From NCBI GenBank assembly GCA_964016885.1, contig OZ024741.1:383842001-383906000 (forward strand): a DNA stretch of 64,000 bases, read 5' to 3'. Both the position numbers and the translations under genes were made by a program. Positions 42,707 through 56,390 of the stretch are shown piece after piece. This stretch comes from Eledone cirrhosa (lineage: Eukaryota). The notes under the pieces were generated by a model. The model was not told where the DNA came from and made no database searches. It worked only from the letters and a program-made list of their open reading frames with translations. Position 1 is the stretch's first letter. Each line of letters starts with the position of its first letter.

Positions 42707-43088
42707 CATACATTCCTATATATATATATATATATATATATATACTTATATATATATATATATATATATATACAGTATATATATATATATATATATATAT
42801 ACAGTATATATACATATATATATATATATAGGAAAATGTATGACCCGACGGCAGAGGTTATTCCGTTTCGACGGCTATTTCTGGATGTCCAGAAATAGCC
42901 GTAAAAACGGCTTGAGCTCTGCCGTCAGGGTCATATATTTTCCTATTACCCACTCTACTACCCTAAGTATTGAGTACTCTGGTGCTATGGTCCATCTGGT
43001 TCCTTACCACAACTCCTTCGTTATATATATATATATATATATATAAAGATAGCGTAGAAAATACAATGCAACGGGAGGAAACAATACC

Positions 43089-43130
43089 ACCACTGACGAT
43101 GTTGCAGATGTGCAACGAAAGAACTTTGAT
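43089..43130 (+). ncRNA. Minimal type I hammerhead ribozyme (divergent family B)
   Basis: ACCA-CUGACGA-U-GUUGCA(GAUG)UGCAAC-GAAA-GAAC-UU-UGAU. The element ends in gaccctcccaaagtataacaa(ta)n at about 43335. Confidence 0.75.
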
Positions 43131-43329
43131 AAACTATATATATGTGTTTGTGTCTATATTGTATCTGTATTTTTGACCGTTGGTCAGTCAATGGCAACAT
43201 TGAGGACCGAATAAATTAAATTAACCGATATAAAAGACACAGAAGCGAAAAGCGAAAACCAACCAAACAGTGAGTGTGTTCTGTTATTAATTCTGGCAAT
43301 ATTACACATATACGACCCTCCCCAAGTAT

Positions 43330-43393
<64 letters not shown>

Positions 43394-43439
43394 TGCCAAC
43401 TCGTTTTCGAGTACGGCCACTACTTTATATCCATGTAGG

Positions 43440-43995
43440 AGAACCCCTAGCGATGCGCTGAACGAGTGTGACTTTTTAGTCCAGCCAGCGACTTGAAAAC
43501 TCTGGTACAGACACTACACTTGTGACAATTATTGACACATAGTGCTGGGCCCAGGGTACCATGTGACGACAAGTGCAGAGAGATCTCCAGATATAAAGCA
43601 ATGCCTGTGCCGTGAAGCTTTTATAGTGAGCAAAGGCACTGCACAAAGCCAGTCCCACTCTCTTAACCAAGATGATATTTACCAAAAAGAAGAACAAGTC
43701 AACATCATTGGATACCATCAGGGTTGCAGGTGTTATATCAGAGTTTTCCTTCTCCTAGAATTCTGCCTTGACAAAGGCTAAGGGGTCATCTCTCCCGGTG
43801 ATTTTGGATGGTCATTGACTCTTAAGAGCTCCTTTGGCCTTTTGACAGGTTTTGTTTTTAGTCCTGCAGGATGTCCAAAGTCACCCTCTTCACCAAGAAA
43901 CCTTGCTGGGGTTGCCAGTTTAGTCGCCAACGACCCGACCATGAGACAGGTTGTACTGGGATACATGTTACCAGTAGCACCAACTGGTGACCTGA
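43440..43995 (-). mobile_element. Probable RTE-type LINE 5' fragment
   Basis: GC-richer island sharing ttctcctagaa..tgccttgacaaaggcta with the reverse complement of 7870-7910. Confidence 0.45.
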
Positions 43996-44375
43996 CATAC
44001 ATATATATATATATATACAACCATACATACATACACACACGCTCATATATACACACACACACACATATATATATATAATATAACAAAGGAATTGTGGTAA
44101 GGAACCAGAAGGACCATAACACACCAGAGTACTCAATAGTTATGGTAGTAGAGTGGGGTGAGACAACAGTTGTGTTGAATAACATTGTATTGTGTTAAAG
44201 GGAGAGGGAATGAGAAATGATTTTAGAAAAAAACAATTAACAAGTGGGAGAGATGCAGCGCTTATTTTCGTTACTTTCTTGCTCTTTCTCTCACTCTCTC
44301 TCTCGTATATACATGTATGTATATATATGTGTGTCTGTGTGTCTGTGTGTGTGTGGAGAGAGAGATAGAGAGGGA

Positions 44376-44476
<101 letters not shown>

Positions 44477-44918
44477 TGAGGTGAAGAATGAAGCTGAACA
44501 GAAATATATAGAGAGAAATAGCAAGCAGAAAGAGAGAAAGAGAAAGGGGGAGAGGGAGAGAGAGAGGGAGTGAGAGAGGTGAGGTGAGAGAAAGATAGTG
44601 ATGCTAAGAGGCTAGATTATTGACTGATGATGAGATGCTAAAGTGAGTGTAAGAGCAAAGAAATTGAGAGAGAAGGTGGAGTAAACAAGAGAGAAAGAGA
44701 AGGAAAAGCATTGTAAACGAGAGAGAGAGAGAGTATGACTGAGGGGGAGATACGGAGAGGGAGACATAAAAATATATATATACTGAGAGAGAGAGTAAAT
44801 GAATGTTCGATAATGTCCCAGCAGTAGGAGGTAAAAGTGGTAGGAATAGCAGACTGACAAGCGCCATTCAGTTGAGGCGAGTGGAGCTGCACGCAAGATA
44901 GAAGCGAGAGAACATAAG

Positions 44919-44963
<45 letters not shown>

Positions 44964-45116
44964 TATATGTATATACATACATACCCACATAAATATATAT
45001 ACATACATACAAACGTAACAAGCACACACGCACACACACACAAACACTCGCGCGCACACACAGACGGAGAAAAGTATACACGTGCATAGACACAATATAT
45101 ATATATATATATATAA

Positions 45117-45149
<33 letters not shown>

Positions 45150-45446
45150 CACATACATTTCATACACTCACACATACACATACTGTGGAGTGTGTTGTTA
45201 GTGTAACCGAAGCAATAATTTTAACGTTTGGAGGTTTCGTATGAAACTAAGTCAGCATAAATAAGGCAGCAGTTATTTAGTGAAATAACGCTTAATTTCT
45301 CTCTCTCTATATATATCACCTTGATTTTTACTTTCCCCCACCCTTTGGAATTTTTTGGCTTTTCTTTTTTTTTTTCATTAACCTGGCTCGCACGCTTTAA
45401 CCGTTTCTGCAACTACAATCGGCTTTATACTATACTTTACACCATA

Positions 45447-45522
45447 ATGGCAAAACTAGAACTATTTACAATGAAGATTATCATCTTTGGAGTACTCATC
45501 TCCATGTTGGCAGAAGCTAAAG
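45447..45522 (+). CDS. Probable first coding exon of a secreted or membrane protein (signal peptide)
   Basis: ataATGG context, MAKLELFTMKIIIFGVLISMLAEAK (basic residue, hydrophobic core, A-x-A), then an AG|GTAAAT phase-1 donor. Confidence 0.6.
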
Positions 45523-45862
45523 GTAAATTTAAAAAAAAACTTTTCTTTTTTTCCACACAACCTTCGTTTTTTTTTTTTAATTTTAAATGATTATTGTCAA
45601 GTAGTGACAGTCCATAAACTCGACTATATATACATAACTCTCCAACACGAATCTGAGCTTTGTACCTGTGTAAAATATCACAATCATCATCATCATCATC
45701 ATCATCATCAGCATCGTCATCGTCATCATTATCAGTTTAACTAATATACTTTTACATCATCCTTCCCTAACACCCAACCGACTGTATATCTCCACCTTCA
45801 TATTGAAATCTGTATTTGTTATGTCCCCCTTTATTCGATGGCCTTGTGGCAAATAAAATAAA

Positions 45863-45896
<34 letters not shown>

Positions 45897-46062
45897 TGAG
45901 TTCAAATCCCGCCGAGGTTAAATTTGCCTCTCATCCATACGTGGTCGATAAGATAAAGAACCAGTAATGTACTGGCCTTGTGCCTATATAAGAAACCATT
46001 ATTATTATTATTATCCCGTCCTGCCTGTTTCTTGATGTCAGCCCTTGTGGCCAATAAAGAAA

Positions 46063-46097
<35 letters not shown>

Positions 46098-46099
<2 letters not shown>

Positions 46100-46515
46100 A
46101 TGCCCTGATTGACTTTTTCAAATTTCATTTGAAAAGGAAAATCAGAGCAGAGAGGGAAGTGCTCTCTTCCCAGCATTTTGTTGAAAGATGGGTGAGAGAA
46201 GCAAGAATGGCCCGAGTTAATGGGCCTACTCTGAGTACGTATCTGTAAATTAAAGGTGGAAAACTGGGAGAGGGCACTTGCCTTGGTGGTCAGGGTCACT
46301 GTGGCCTTTTATTGGGCTTTCTCCACAAATGTCCCTCCGAAGTCTCTCCCCTATTGGGGAATTTTTCATTGTTATTTTTTTGTTACATCCTCTGTTTTTG
46401 TTTTTTACACGCAGAAATGCCCATTTGTACCGTCCTGTATTGTCCTGCACTGTCCTTAATGTCTACTTTATGTAAACCCTTGTGGTTAATAAAGAAATCA
46501 TTATTATTATTATTA
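46098..46515 (+). mobile_element. Tx1/L1-like LINE 3' end with (TTA)n tail; shorter 3' ends at about 45838-45890 and 46015-46097
   Basis: C-terminal peptide ALIDFFKFHLKRKIRAEREVLSSQHFVERW...*. The terminus cccttgtgg..aataaagaaatc(att)n is repeated. Confidence 0.6.
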
Positions 46516-47053
46516 AAGGTGGTCAAGTGGCAAACTCGTTAGAGCAACGGACAAAATTCTTTACGGAATTTGCTTCGGCATTTTTACATTCTGCATCCAA
46601 ATCCTGCCGTAGTTCTAACTTTGCCTTTCATCTTTCCAGGGTGGATAAAATGAAGTACCAGTTATGTACTGGTGTCAATATAATAAAGCCACTCACCTCA
46701 CCTCCATCCCCAAATTGTTGGCCCTGTACCAGAATTAGAAATTATTGTATTATCGCTATCTTTACGGAAATGCTGGACAAATGCTTCGCAGTATATCTTC
46801 TGGCTCTTTTTGTTTTAAGTTCAATATCAACCTAGGTCGGCTTTACCTTTCATCCTTCTTTCAGTGGGGTCGATATAATCAAATGTTCCCTCTACCTTAA
46901 ATATATTATAGCTATATTTATTCTATTTCCGAGCTTCTGTTTCAGTATGTTATTTTTTTTCTTGTCGCTATTTCTTTTCTTTTTCCATTATTATATATTT
47001 TACAAATAGAATGCGTCAACGAACGAATCTCTTAGGATCCCATCTCTCTCACT

Positions 47054-47119
<66 letters not shown>

Positions 47120-47425
47120 TACACACACACAAACTGTCTCTCTTTCACTTACTATCTTTCTCTGTCTCACTCTCGCTCTAACAATCTCTCTTTCGCTCTC
47201 TCTCACTCAATCACTCGCCCTCTCTCTTTCTCTCTCTCTCCCCCCCTCTCTCTCTCTCTCCCCCTCTCTCTCTCTCTATTTCTCGCTCTCTCTCACAAAG
47301 TAAATCTATAGTTGTGTGATTCTGTCATTACTTTCCCTTAGTCATTTGTCCACCACTCCACGTTATATTTCTTAATAATAAAAAATATAAGGAAATATAT
47401 AAATAAAGCATTCTCGCGGAGGCTC

Positions 47426-47457
<32 letters not shown>

Positions 47458-47702
47458 ATATATGTGTGTGTGTGTGTGTATATATATGTGTGTGTGTGTG
47501 TGCGCGCGCCTGTGTGTGATTTTGTGTGCGCGCGCGTGTGTGTGTTTTGTGTGCGCGCGTCTGTGTTTTTGTGTACATAGTAAACGGTTTCACTTGACAG
47601 TCGAGTCGGGTTTGCATGTAGAGAATAATGCATATGTGTATATACATGTGTGTACATATATGTACATATATGTATGTACATATACATATATGTACACACA
47701 TT

Positions 47703-47759
<57 letters not shown>

Positions 47760-47762
47760 ATG

Positions 47763-47818
<56 letters not shown>

Positions 47819-47819
47819 A

Positions 47820-48005
47820 AGGCGTGTGGCTGAGTGGGTTGTGAGTTCGATTTCCGGACCGGGTGATGCGTTATGTCCTTGAGCAAGACACTTTATTTCA
47901 CGTTGCTCCTTCTACCTGGAGTTGCGACCGATAGATAGTATTAGCAATTGGAAAGATCAACGGAAACATTGTTTCCTCGGTCCGATTTGACGAAAGTCGA
48001 TCGTA
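47820..48005 (+). mobile_element. tRNA-derived SINE family D (CORE/V-like domain)
   Basis: gtggctgagtgg, gagttcgatt and tgtccttgagcaagacactt; inverted copy at 54636-54852. Confidence 0.75.
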
Positions 48006-48144
48006 ATATATATATATATATATATACTGATAACTTGAAATTCTTGTCAACTTGTTCCATTTGCCGTTTCATGTTATTTTCTAGGTATTTCCTTTGTTTT
48101 CCCCATTAATAAAAAAATTAGTATTATTATCATTATTATCATTT

Positions 48145-48296
48145 TACGGTCTGAGTTCTAATCCCGCTGAGGTTAGCTTTGCCTTTCGTCCTTACGGGGG
48201 TCGATAAAATAAAGCACAAGTAATGTACTGGGCTTGATCTAATCGACTTTCTCCTCCACCAAATTACTGGCCTTGTGCCTAAATCAGAAACCATTA
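48145..48296 (+). mobile_element. SINE family A copy, 5'-truncated
   Basis: Shared sequence with other copies. Confidence 0.7.
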
Positions 48297-48837
48297 TCAA
48301 TATTCTTATTATTATTGTTGATTATTCCTCGGGCGTATCATTTCATCCCCTATATATACCTGCTGTTGTTTTTTCATTATAGATTCTGCATAAAGACCCC
48401 ACCATTTTCGTAATATGTCTCTGCGTTGTTTTCTTCATCTGTTGCCTCTGTGGCAACTTAGATATATACTTTTTTTCTTAAGGATGGGAAGCAATAATAT
48501 AAGTACCAGGGAAAATCTGGTCCCTCCATCCCTTCAATATGTGGCTATGACAATACTATAAATCATTATTATCATCATCATCATTATCTGCATCATCATC
48601 ATTATCACCTTTATGATCGTTTATTATCTTTCCAACAGATTACACACACACACACACTGATTAACATCCACACACACCTTCATCACTGCTCACTGATCTA
48701 ATTTACATCAAATAAACTTCTAATTATCTACCTGGACCGTTAATCTCTATCTTCAGGTGAAAATATTAACCACAAGCAAGCATATACAAGTATAATCATA
48801 CACTCACGTACACACAGACACATGCATAAATATATTG

Positions 48838-48915
<78 letters not shown>

Positions 48916-49264
48916 TAGTGTGTATGAGTGTGTATGAGTGTGTGTGTTTGTGTGTGTGTAAATAAGGCCGTTTTTTCTCCAACTAGTCTACTCACCTTCA
49001 GCAAATACCTTAAACGGAATGCTAACCTGTACTCATATGACTTCTTCCAAACAAACCCTACTCACCACCTACAACGGTCACTTCTTTACAGCCATATATA
49101 GCGAACTTTATTATTTTGCGCGTAAAATTATAAAATGTGTGCTTATGCTTGTGTGTGAATGTGTGCTGGGTGCAACATGTATGTATGTATTAATATATAT
49201 ATATATATATGAGTAACTGTTTCTGTATGTATGTATGTATTATTGTATGAATATATATATATAT

Positions 49265-49339
<75 letters not shown>

Positions 49340-49402
49340 TATTACTCTGCTATGTATTGAGTACCTTACTTACTGTGGTTATCCCCGATTTAACCCGGGA
49401 TC

Positions 49403-49442
<40 letters not shown>

Positions 49443-49468
49443 TACATATATACATACATAAACAGTCA

Positions 49469-49538
<70 letters not shown>

Positions 49539-49545
49539 TACATAC

Positions 49546-49634
<89 letters not shown>

Positions 49635-51395
49635 AGTGTGTATGTTTGTATGCTTGTATCTATGTACATCAGGTATATATGTATGAATTTCCTTCGTAGT
49701 TTCAAATCCTGCTGCTGACAATAGATGTCAGATCTCTCGATTGTTATTGATGGGTTGACTTATTTGGTGAAATAATTTATTTCTTGAGACAGTCTAACAC
49801 TTCAGTTTATTTTCCCATGTTTTACAAATCCTAAAATAACATTAAACCAAAAACTAAAGAAAAAAAATACTAGCTTTATGTGTGGGTTGACCAAGATACT
49901 CTCATGGAAGGACCAAATGAGGTTTATTTTTCAACATTAGTCCATAGAAAGAAATAATGCAGCTGTTGATAAGAAGAGTGGAAATTACTGCATGCAAGAT
50001 TTCACAGCTCTATCATCATTCCTTCATAGTCAGCTTATGAACTTTTCAACCGACCCTCGTATGCCTATGCGAGTATGTGTATCCCTTTGTGTATGTGTAT
50101 GTGTCCTTGTACGTGTGTGTATTGCCTTTAGCTCCAGCCAATTCAGCCATGATGGAGCAGACCTATGATCAAAGCCATTCTAGCCATAATCATCCTGTCC
50201 TTTTCTCGGCCGGTGTGTGTGTCTAGGACAATACTATGCAGTGTATTTTTCCCCTTTTCAAGACGATAAGATATAATTTGAGGAAATTTTGACTGCTATT
50301 TCTAGCAGAATGAGTGACATTAGCTCATATGTGTGTATGCATTTGTGTGTGTGTGTGTGTGCATGCGTGTGTGTGATATATGTATAAACTGTACCCTATC
50401 TTCAGCTGCATGCTACGGACGAAAATCCACACTTATTGTGTAGCTCCACATCAGTGATCCTGATCAAACGATTCTAGTACCAAACACACGCCAAATATGA
50501 CCTACCCTTCGTTTTAGAATTATCAATGTCTACCTCATCCAACATGCTTTTTTCTTTATGTAAAACTGTAAGGTTGTGTTCTTTGAGGGAAGAGTTATTT
50601 GGTTACTATTTCTAGCAGATCACTGGTTTGATAAACACTTGTTCAACGTAATTTATACATACCGCTTGTATTTTATTTTAATATTTTTGCCTTAACCATC
50701 ACCAATATAAACCGACATGACCATACGTAGTTAGTGGGTTGGCACTTACATCATCATCATCATCATCATCATCACCATTACTTTCCACCATCAATCATTA
50801 TCATCATCGTTACCAACATCATCATTAGTATCATTATCGCCATCCTCATTATCATTATCATCAGTATCTCTACCAACGTTATTATCATCATTGTCACCAT
50901 CACCATCATCATCATTAGCATAATTATCGCTTTCCTTGTTATCATGTTATTAACATCGTCACCCCCATCATCATCATCATCATCATCCCCACCTTTATTG
51001 TCATCACCACCATCATCATTTTCAACACTATCCCCATTATATTCAACATCATCATCACTATTAACATAATTACTTATTACCACTACTAGCCATTGAAAGT
51101 ATCCTCTACGTGGCCACCTGAGCTGCTAGAATTAGCAGTCAAATTTCCTGAAATTACATCTTACAGTTAAGTATAATGTAATGAAATCTCGAAGGCATTT
51201 TACATAGGAAAAAGACGGGAAAGTCTCGACTGGATTGCATTTGATCATGTGTTTGGTCGATGAAAGCTGACCTGGGGCTAAACAACGACACTGGCCAACA
51301 TCAATATTATCACTTTCACCACCATTATCATTATCCTCTCCTCGCCTTCGCTCCCCACTGGGTGGCCTTGTGCCTAAATTAGAAACCATTATTAT

Positions 51396-51559
<164 letters not shown>

Positions 51560-52691
51560 AGTATCAATATAACCACGAACAACAGTAACAAAAAGATACT
51601 GCAGCTAAACGGAATGAATGAAGGTAAACAGTTTCTTAACTGCTAACTAAAGTTTGCTTTCTGCTGGCGCGTTAAGTGAAGAAGTGTTGCGTTCTTCTTT
51701 AAACCCACCGCGTTATTCTTCGTTGATTATAGCTGTAAAATGTGTTGGGACTGACGAGTTTCTGCTTAGAAACCGTTACACCTTCTTACTGGTTTTTACT
51801 TATTTTGAGACTGATTGCTTTAATAAAAGCCATTTATATTTATTTTATATTTATGTTATTTTCTGAGTTCAAAGCTTATCGATGACAACATTACCTTTCA
51901 TTCTTCTGGGCATGATAGAATAAGTAACAGTCAAGTACTAAAGTTAATATTATGCACTACACCCCACCTCCCAAATCTGTGACCTTTACGTCTAGGTTAG
52001 AAATGTTTCAATGGTACCAGTCAAATATTGAGGTAAATTTAATGGATTAAATCCTTCTGCCCAAATTGCTGACCCTGTCCTATGCTATAAACAATTATCC
52101 CTCTGTCTGTTAGCTATGATAAATGTACTGACGCAGCATGGCCGAATGGTTATAATGTGCGCTTCATAATTATTAGATGTCAGGTTCGATCTTACTGCGT
52201 GCCATCTTGGTCAATTGTCATTTATCATTGCTATGGGTCGGCCTATGCCTTGTGAATAAAATTGGGTTGACAGAAATTGTTTGGAAGATCGTTGGATGGG
52301 ATATACATGTAATTGAGAGGGGCTGCCTTATCACAGAATGTCACACTGTATTTCACGCTGTATAGGCGTGTGGTTAAGAGGGGTGTGCTGCTATCCATTA
52401 GTTTTACTGAAAATTGCGTGAGTGTTGAACGCAGCCTGCTTGACGGGTCGGGTCGGGTCTGGGCAGGGAAATGACAGAGAGAGAGAGAGAGAGAGTACTT
52501 GCTCTAGAGAGTCAGTTAATTCGGGCACTATGGAGTTCCTTCAGTGACCCTAGGTAATTCCCCGCCAACCACTGGTGATTTTTCTTTGTTCGTATTTTTT
52601 GTTATTTCTAGTTTTTACACGTTTTGTGTAACCCCCACCACCTACACTGACGAGTATTCAGTCCTTTGTAACACTTCTATTGTTTGATCCC

Positions 52692-52921
52692 TTGGTGAAT
52701 AGGCAGAATCGTTAGAGGGTTGGGCAAAATATAAGGTATTTTGTTACGAATCTTTACGTTCTGAGTTCAAATCCCACCATGGTCAACTTTACTTTTCATG
52801 TTTCCGAGATCGGGAAAATAAAATACTTGTCACGTCGTACTGGGTCGATATAATCGACTTACCCTCCTCCCTCCCACCCAAGAAGCAAATTGTCGGACCT
52901 TGATCCAAGATTAGAAACAAT

Positions 52922-52922
<1 letters not shown>
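52692..52922 (+). mobile_element. Diverged SINE family A copy with (CTA)n tail
   Basis: ggcagaatcgttagag...gagttcaaatccc...ttagaaacaatt. Confidence 0.65.
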
Positions 52923-52958
<36 letters not shown>

Positions 52959-54205
52959 GTTAACTTACTAATTAACTGATTTATGACATGAGTCTTATGT
53001 GATTCGGTCGATATCATTTATATCAGACTCGTCCACACTTGTCTCATTAGCAACTGGTGGCACTCTCCATCCCAATAGACTTTTTTTCATCTTTATCATT
53101 CATTGTGGGTGCCGTGTAATCGATGTTCATATATTTCTTTATAGTTATAGTTGTCTATTCTACTCGATAGCTCCCACTCTTTCACTTTATCTATCTCACT
53201 CCCCCTCTATCTATCTCGCTTTCTTTCGTTCATGTGTGCGTGTCCTTGCGCATATTTGTATGTCTGTGTGTGTGCACGAGTGTCTTTGTGAGTGTGTGTG
53301 TGTGTGTATGTTAGAGATACCATTACTACCAGTGAGAAGGACGGTAGCTAGTGCAGTACGTGCAATGCATTGCAGTGTTTCGTTACGGTATTTTTTATTC
53401 TGGTTTCAAATCTCCCCGAGGTCAATTTTGTCTTTCATCTTTCAGGGATCAATGAAATAAAATACCGGTGTAGTACTCAAGGTCGAATTTATCGGGGATT
53501 GGGGGAGGACGAATGTCCTGGACTCTACTCATCGAACAGAGACCCTTTCTCTCTCTCTCTTTCTTCCTGTTTATACATATATATATATATGTGTGTGTGT
53601 GTGTTGTTATATGTGTGTGTGTGTGTGTTGTTATATGAGGGGCTCCCTAAACCTGAATTGCCCCGGGCCAGCAAGGTCTAAATCTGGTCCTGGTAGTACC
53701 GTGGCCAGTATCATTTATTTCCTCTACCATCAAAATTCTTGGTCTTGTGATTAATTAGAAACCATTAAAGCGAGTGAGAGTTTGACTGTCTTCTTACAAG
53801 GAACGCGCGAGAGAAAGAAAAGGAAAGAGTGATAGTATGACTGGTGGCATGCCTACATTATTGTTGTCTAGGACAGTTTCTATGGTCGTGATACAGACTC
53901 TGTTCCATAAAAACAAGTCTTACTTGATTTATTACCTATTGATGTGCTCTCTTTCAACTTCCAAGCCTAAAGTCTTATCTAAATAATAGCAGTGTATGTG
54001 TTTGTATGTGTGTGTTTGTGTGTGTGTTTGCGTATATTTGTGCATATGGTTTTTTTTTCTATATGGTTACGTATGTTTCTGTGTACGTGTAGGTAGTCAG
54101 ATTATTTTTCTGCGAACTAGATTACTTCTTGACCTCCTCTAAGCTAATCATCGTTATACTTGGCTACTAATATATATGAATTGAACATATATATACATAT
54201 AAATT

Positions 54206-54291
<86 letters not shown>

Positions 54292-54635
54292 GTACGCTGA
54301 AATTTCTTTTACAACACTTATCAGCCACAGAGCTCAGGTCCCACAGTAACTAGTGAGTACTTTCAACTTTAAAAATGAAATATATATACTCAACATAATG
54401 CATTGAGTGTTATTTTTTTCTAACGTTATTAAATTAAAACATAGTTATCTATATTGTATGATATATAGAATGACTGGGGTGATGAATTTCTCAGTGATGT
54501 CTGCTGCATGAAAATTTAATAGTAAAGAGCGGAGCAAGCATACTTGACATGGAAAACCAAGAAAATTTCATCAACTGAATTTGACATAGCCAAGTATGAT
54601 AGCGCTTATGTGTGTGTGTATATATATATAATAAG

Positions 54636-54852
54636 GATCGATCGACTTTCGTCAAATCGGACCGAGGAAACAAATGCTTTTCGTCGGTCTTCCAGTTGCT
54701 AGTACTATCTATCGGTCGCAACACCAGGTAGAAGGAGCAACGTGAAATAAAGTGTCTTGCTCAAAGACATAACACATTGCCCGGTCCAGGAATCGAACTC
54801 ACAACCTCAAGATTGTGAACCCAATATTCTAACAACTCAGCCACACGCCTTC
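54636..54852 (-). mobile_element. SINE family D copy
   Basis: Reverse complement of 47820-48005 with a fuller tRNA head. Confidence 0.75.
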
Positions 54853-54910
54853 ACTGTATATATATATATATGTATGTATGTACCGGATCTGGTGTATGCA
54901 TCTACATTAC

Positions 54911-55072
54911 AGGGTCGGATGCCATGCTTTCCAGCATAGTTACGTCCCTTTACGATCTGAGTTCAAATCCCGCCGAGGTTGACTTTGCCTTTCATCCTTA
55001 CGGGGTCGATAAAATAAAGTACCAGTAATGCACTGGGTAATTGCTGGCCTTGTGCCAAAAGTAGAAACAATT
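54911..55072 (+). mobile_element. SINE family A copy
   Basis: Near-identical to the reverse complement of 9101-9260. Confidence 0.85.
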
Positions 55073-56335
55073 ATATCTTTCTGCACTAAGGCTATATTTT
55101 TTAATTATTCCTAAGTGCAATATATTTTCCCAGACAACCATCTGCTCTCTTCATATTGCCTTACAATAGACAATTGAGATATTGTCAAAGTGGAGGGGAA
55201 TTTCATTGTAATCGAGGCAAAACTACTGCAATGATAGTTATTACAGTAATGCAGCAATTATAGTTTATTAAGTGGAATTGTAATTTTAGATCAATTGACA
55301 CTTGAGACTAACTCTCTAAAACTATTTGATTCGATTTTGAGATGAGTGGGAAATGTAATAATATAACAGTATAATATAACTACATACGACTTCAAAATAG
55401 TGACCAACCACACAGTGACTGTTAGCATTAACTTACAGTTACGAGCTTATTTATTTCCCATTTCTCTCCGTTTGATGAATGTGTGAATAGACACAGCAAT
55501 GATTTAGAGCTGTGAAGATTTTATCAAGATTATCCAACTCGTAGAGTTATGGGAACCAAAATCCTGGGTTAAGGGACCAGATATCTAGTATAGCTTTCTA
55601 AAAATAAATATGAAAATTCTTTATGATTTTCTCCCCTCTACTATTCATGGTTATCTATATGTAAAGTAAACGAAGGCTACTAACATCTTTTGAAATTATA
55701 CTGGCGATCATGAGAACATATAAATAAAATTATTCGGGGTTCAGGGATCGTTAAAAAGTTAAAACCCCTTGATTTACAAGTTCGCAATGGTGAAAACTCC
55801 TCTTGGCCATTCGATTAGGTAGAAATAACAAACCAGGTCAAACTCTAGACTCTTACAAAAGGAAGGAGACGTTTGATAAATTAGTTTTAAATTCAATGTT
55901 TGAAAAAAACAAAAACGACAAGGTAGTTGTGGGTGGGACATTTTGATCCTTGGTCTACACAGTCAGAGCTGACTTGGCGCTTAACAACTGGTATATTATG
56001 TTGCTATATATACTTTATATTTGTTGAACAAAAGTTCTAATTGTGACCAATTTCTCTGTACACATCCTGTTTGTTCGATAAAAATAAGTTGTTTCTGTGA
56101 ATAGAATAGAAAATAAAACCAACAGGTTGTTTGAGGGACGCATTCTTTCCTACACTGTGCTGAGTCTTGCTATATTCTGTGAACTATTTTCTCCTCCATT
56201 CACTCCCTTATCTTTTTCTGTCATTCAATACATTATTTTTTTCGTTTTTCCTTTCAAACGTTTCCTTTATTTACGCAACGGTCATTTTCTCTCTCTATCT
56301 TTATCAAACTCTACCCTTCTCTCTCCCTCTCCCTC

Positions 56336-56390
<55 letters not shown>

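Noticed and set aside
51748-51782. CTGACGAG-stem hammerhead candidate
   Set aside because: The only GAAA is inside the stem and there is no stem I pairing.
52646-52675. CTGACGAG motif
   Set aside because: No stem II or GAAA follows.
53478-53692. Possible Harbinger-type MITE ends (caaggtcgaattta / taaatctggtcctg)
   Set aside because: The terminal match is too degenerate to support.
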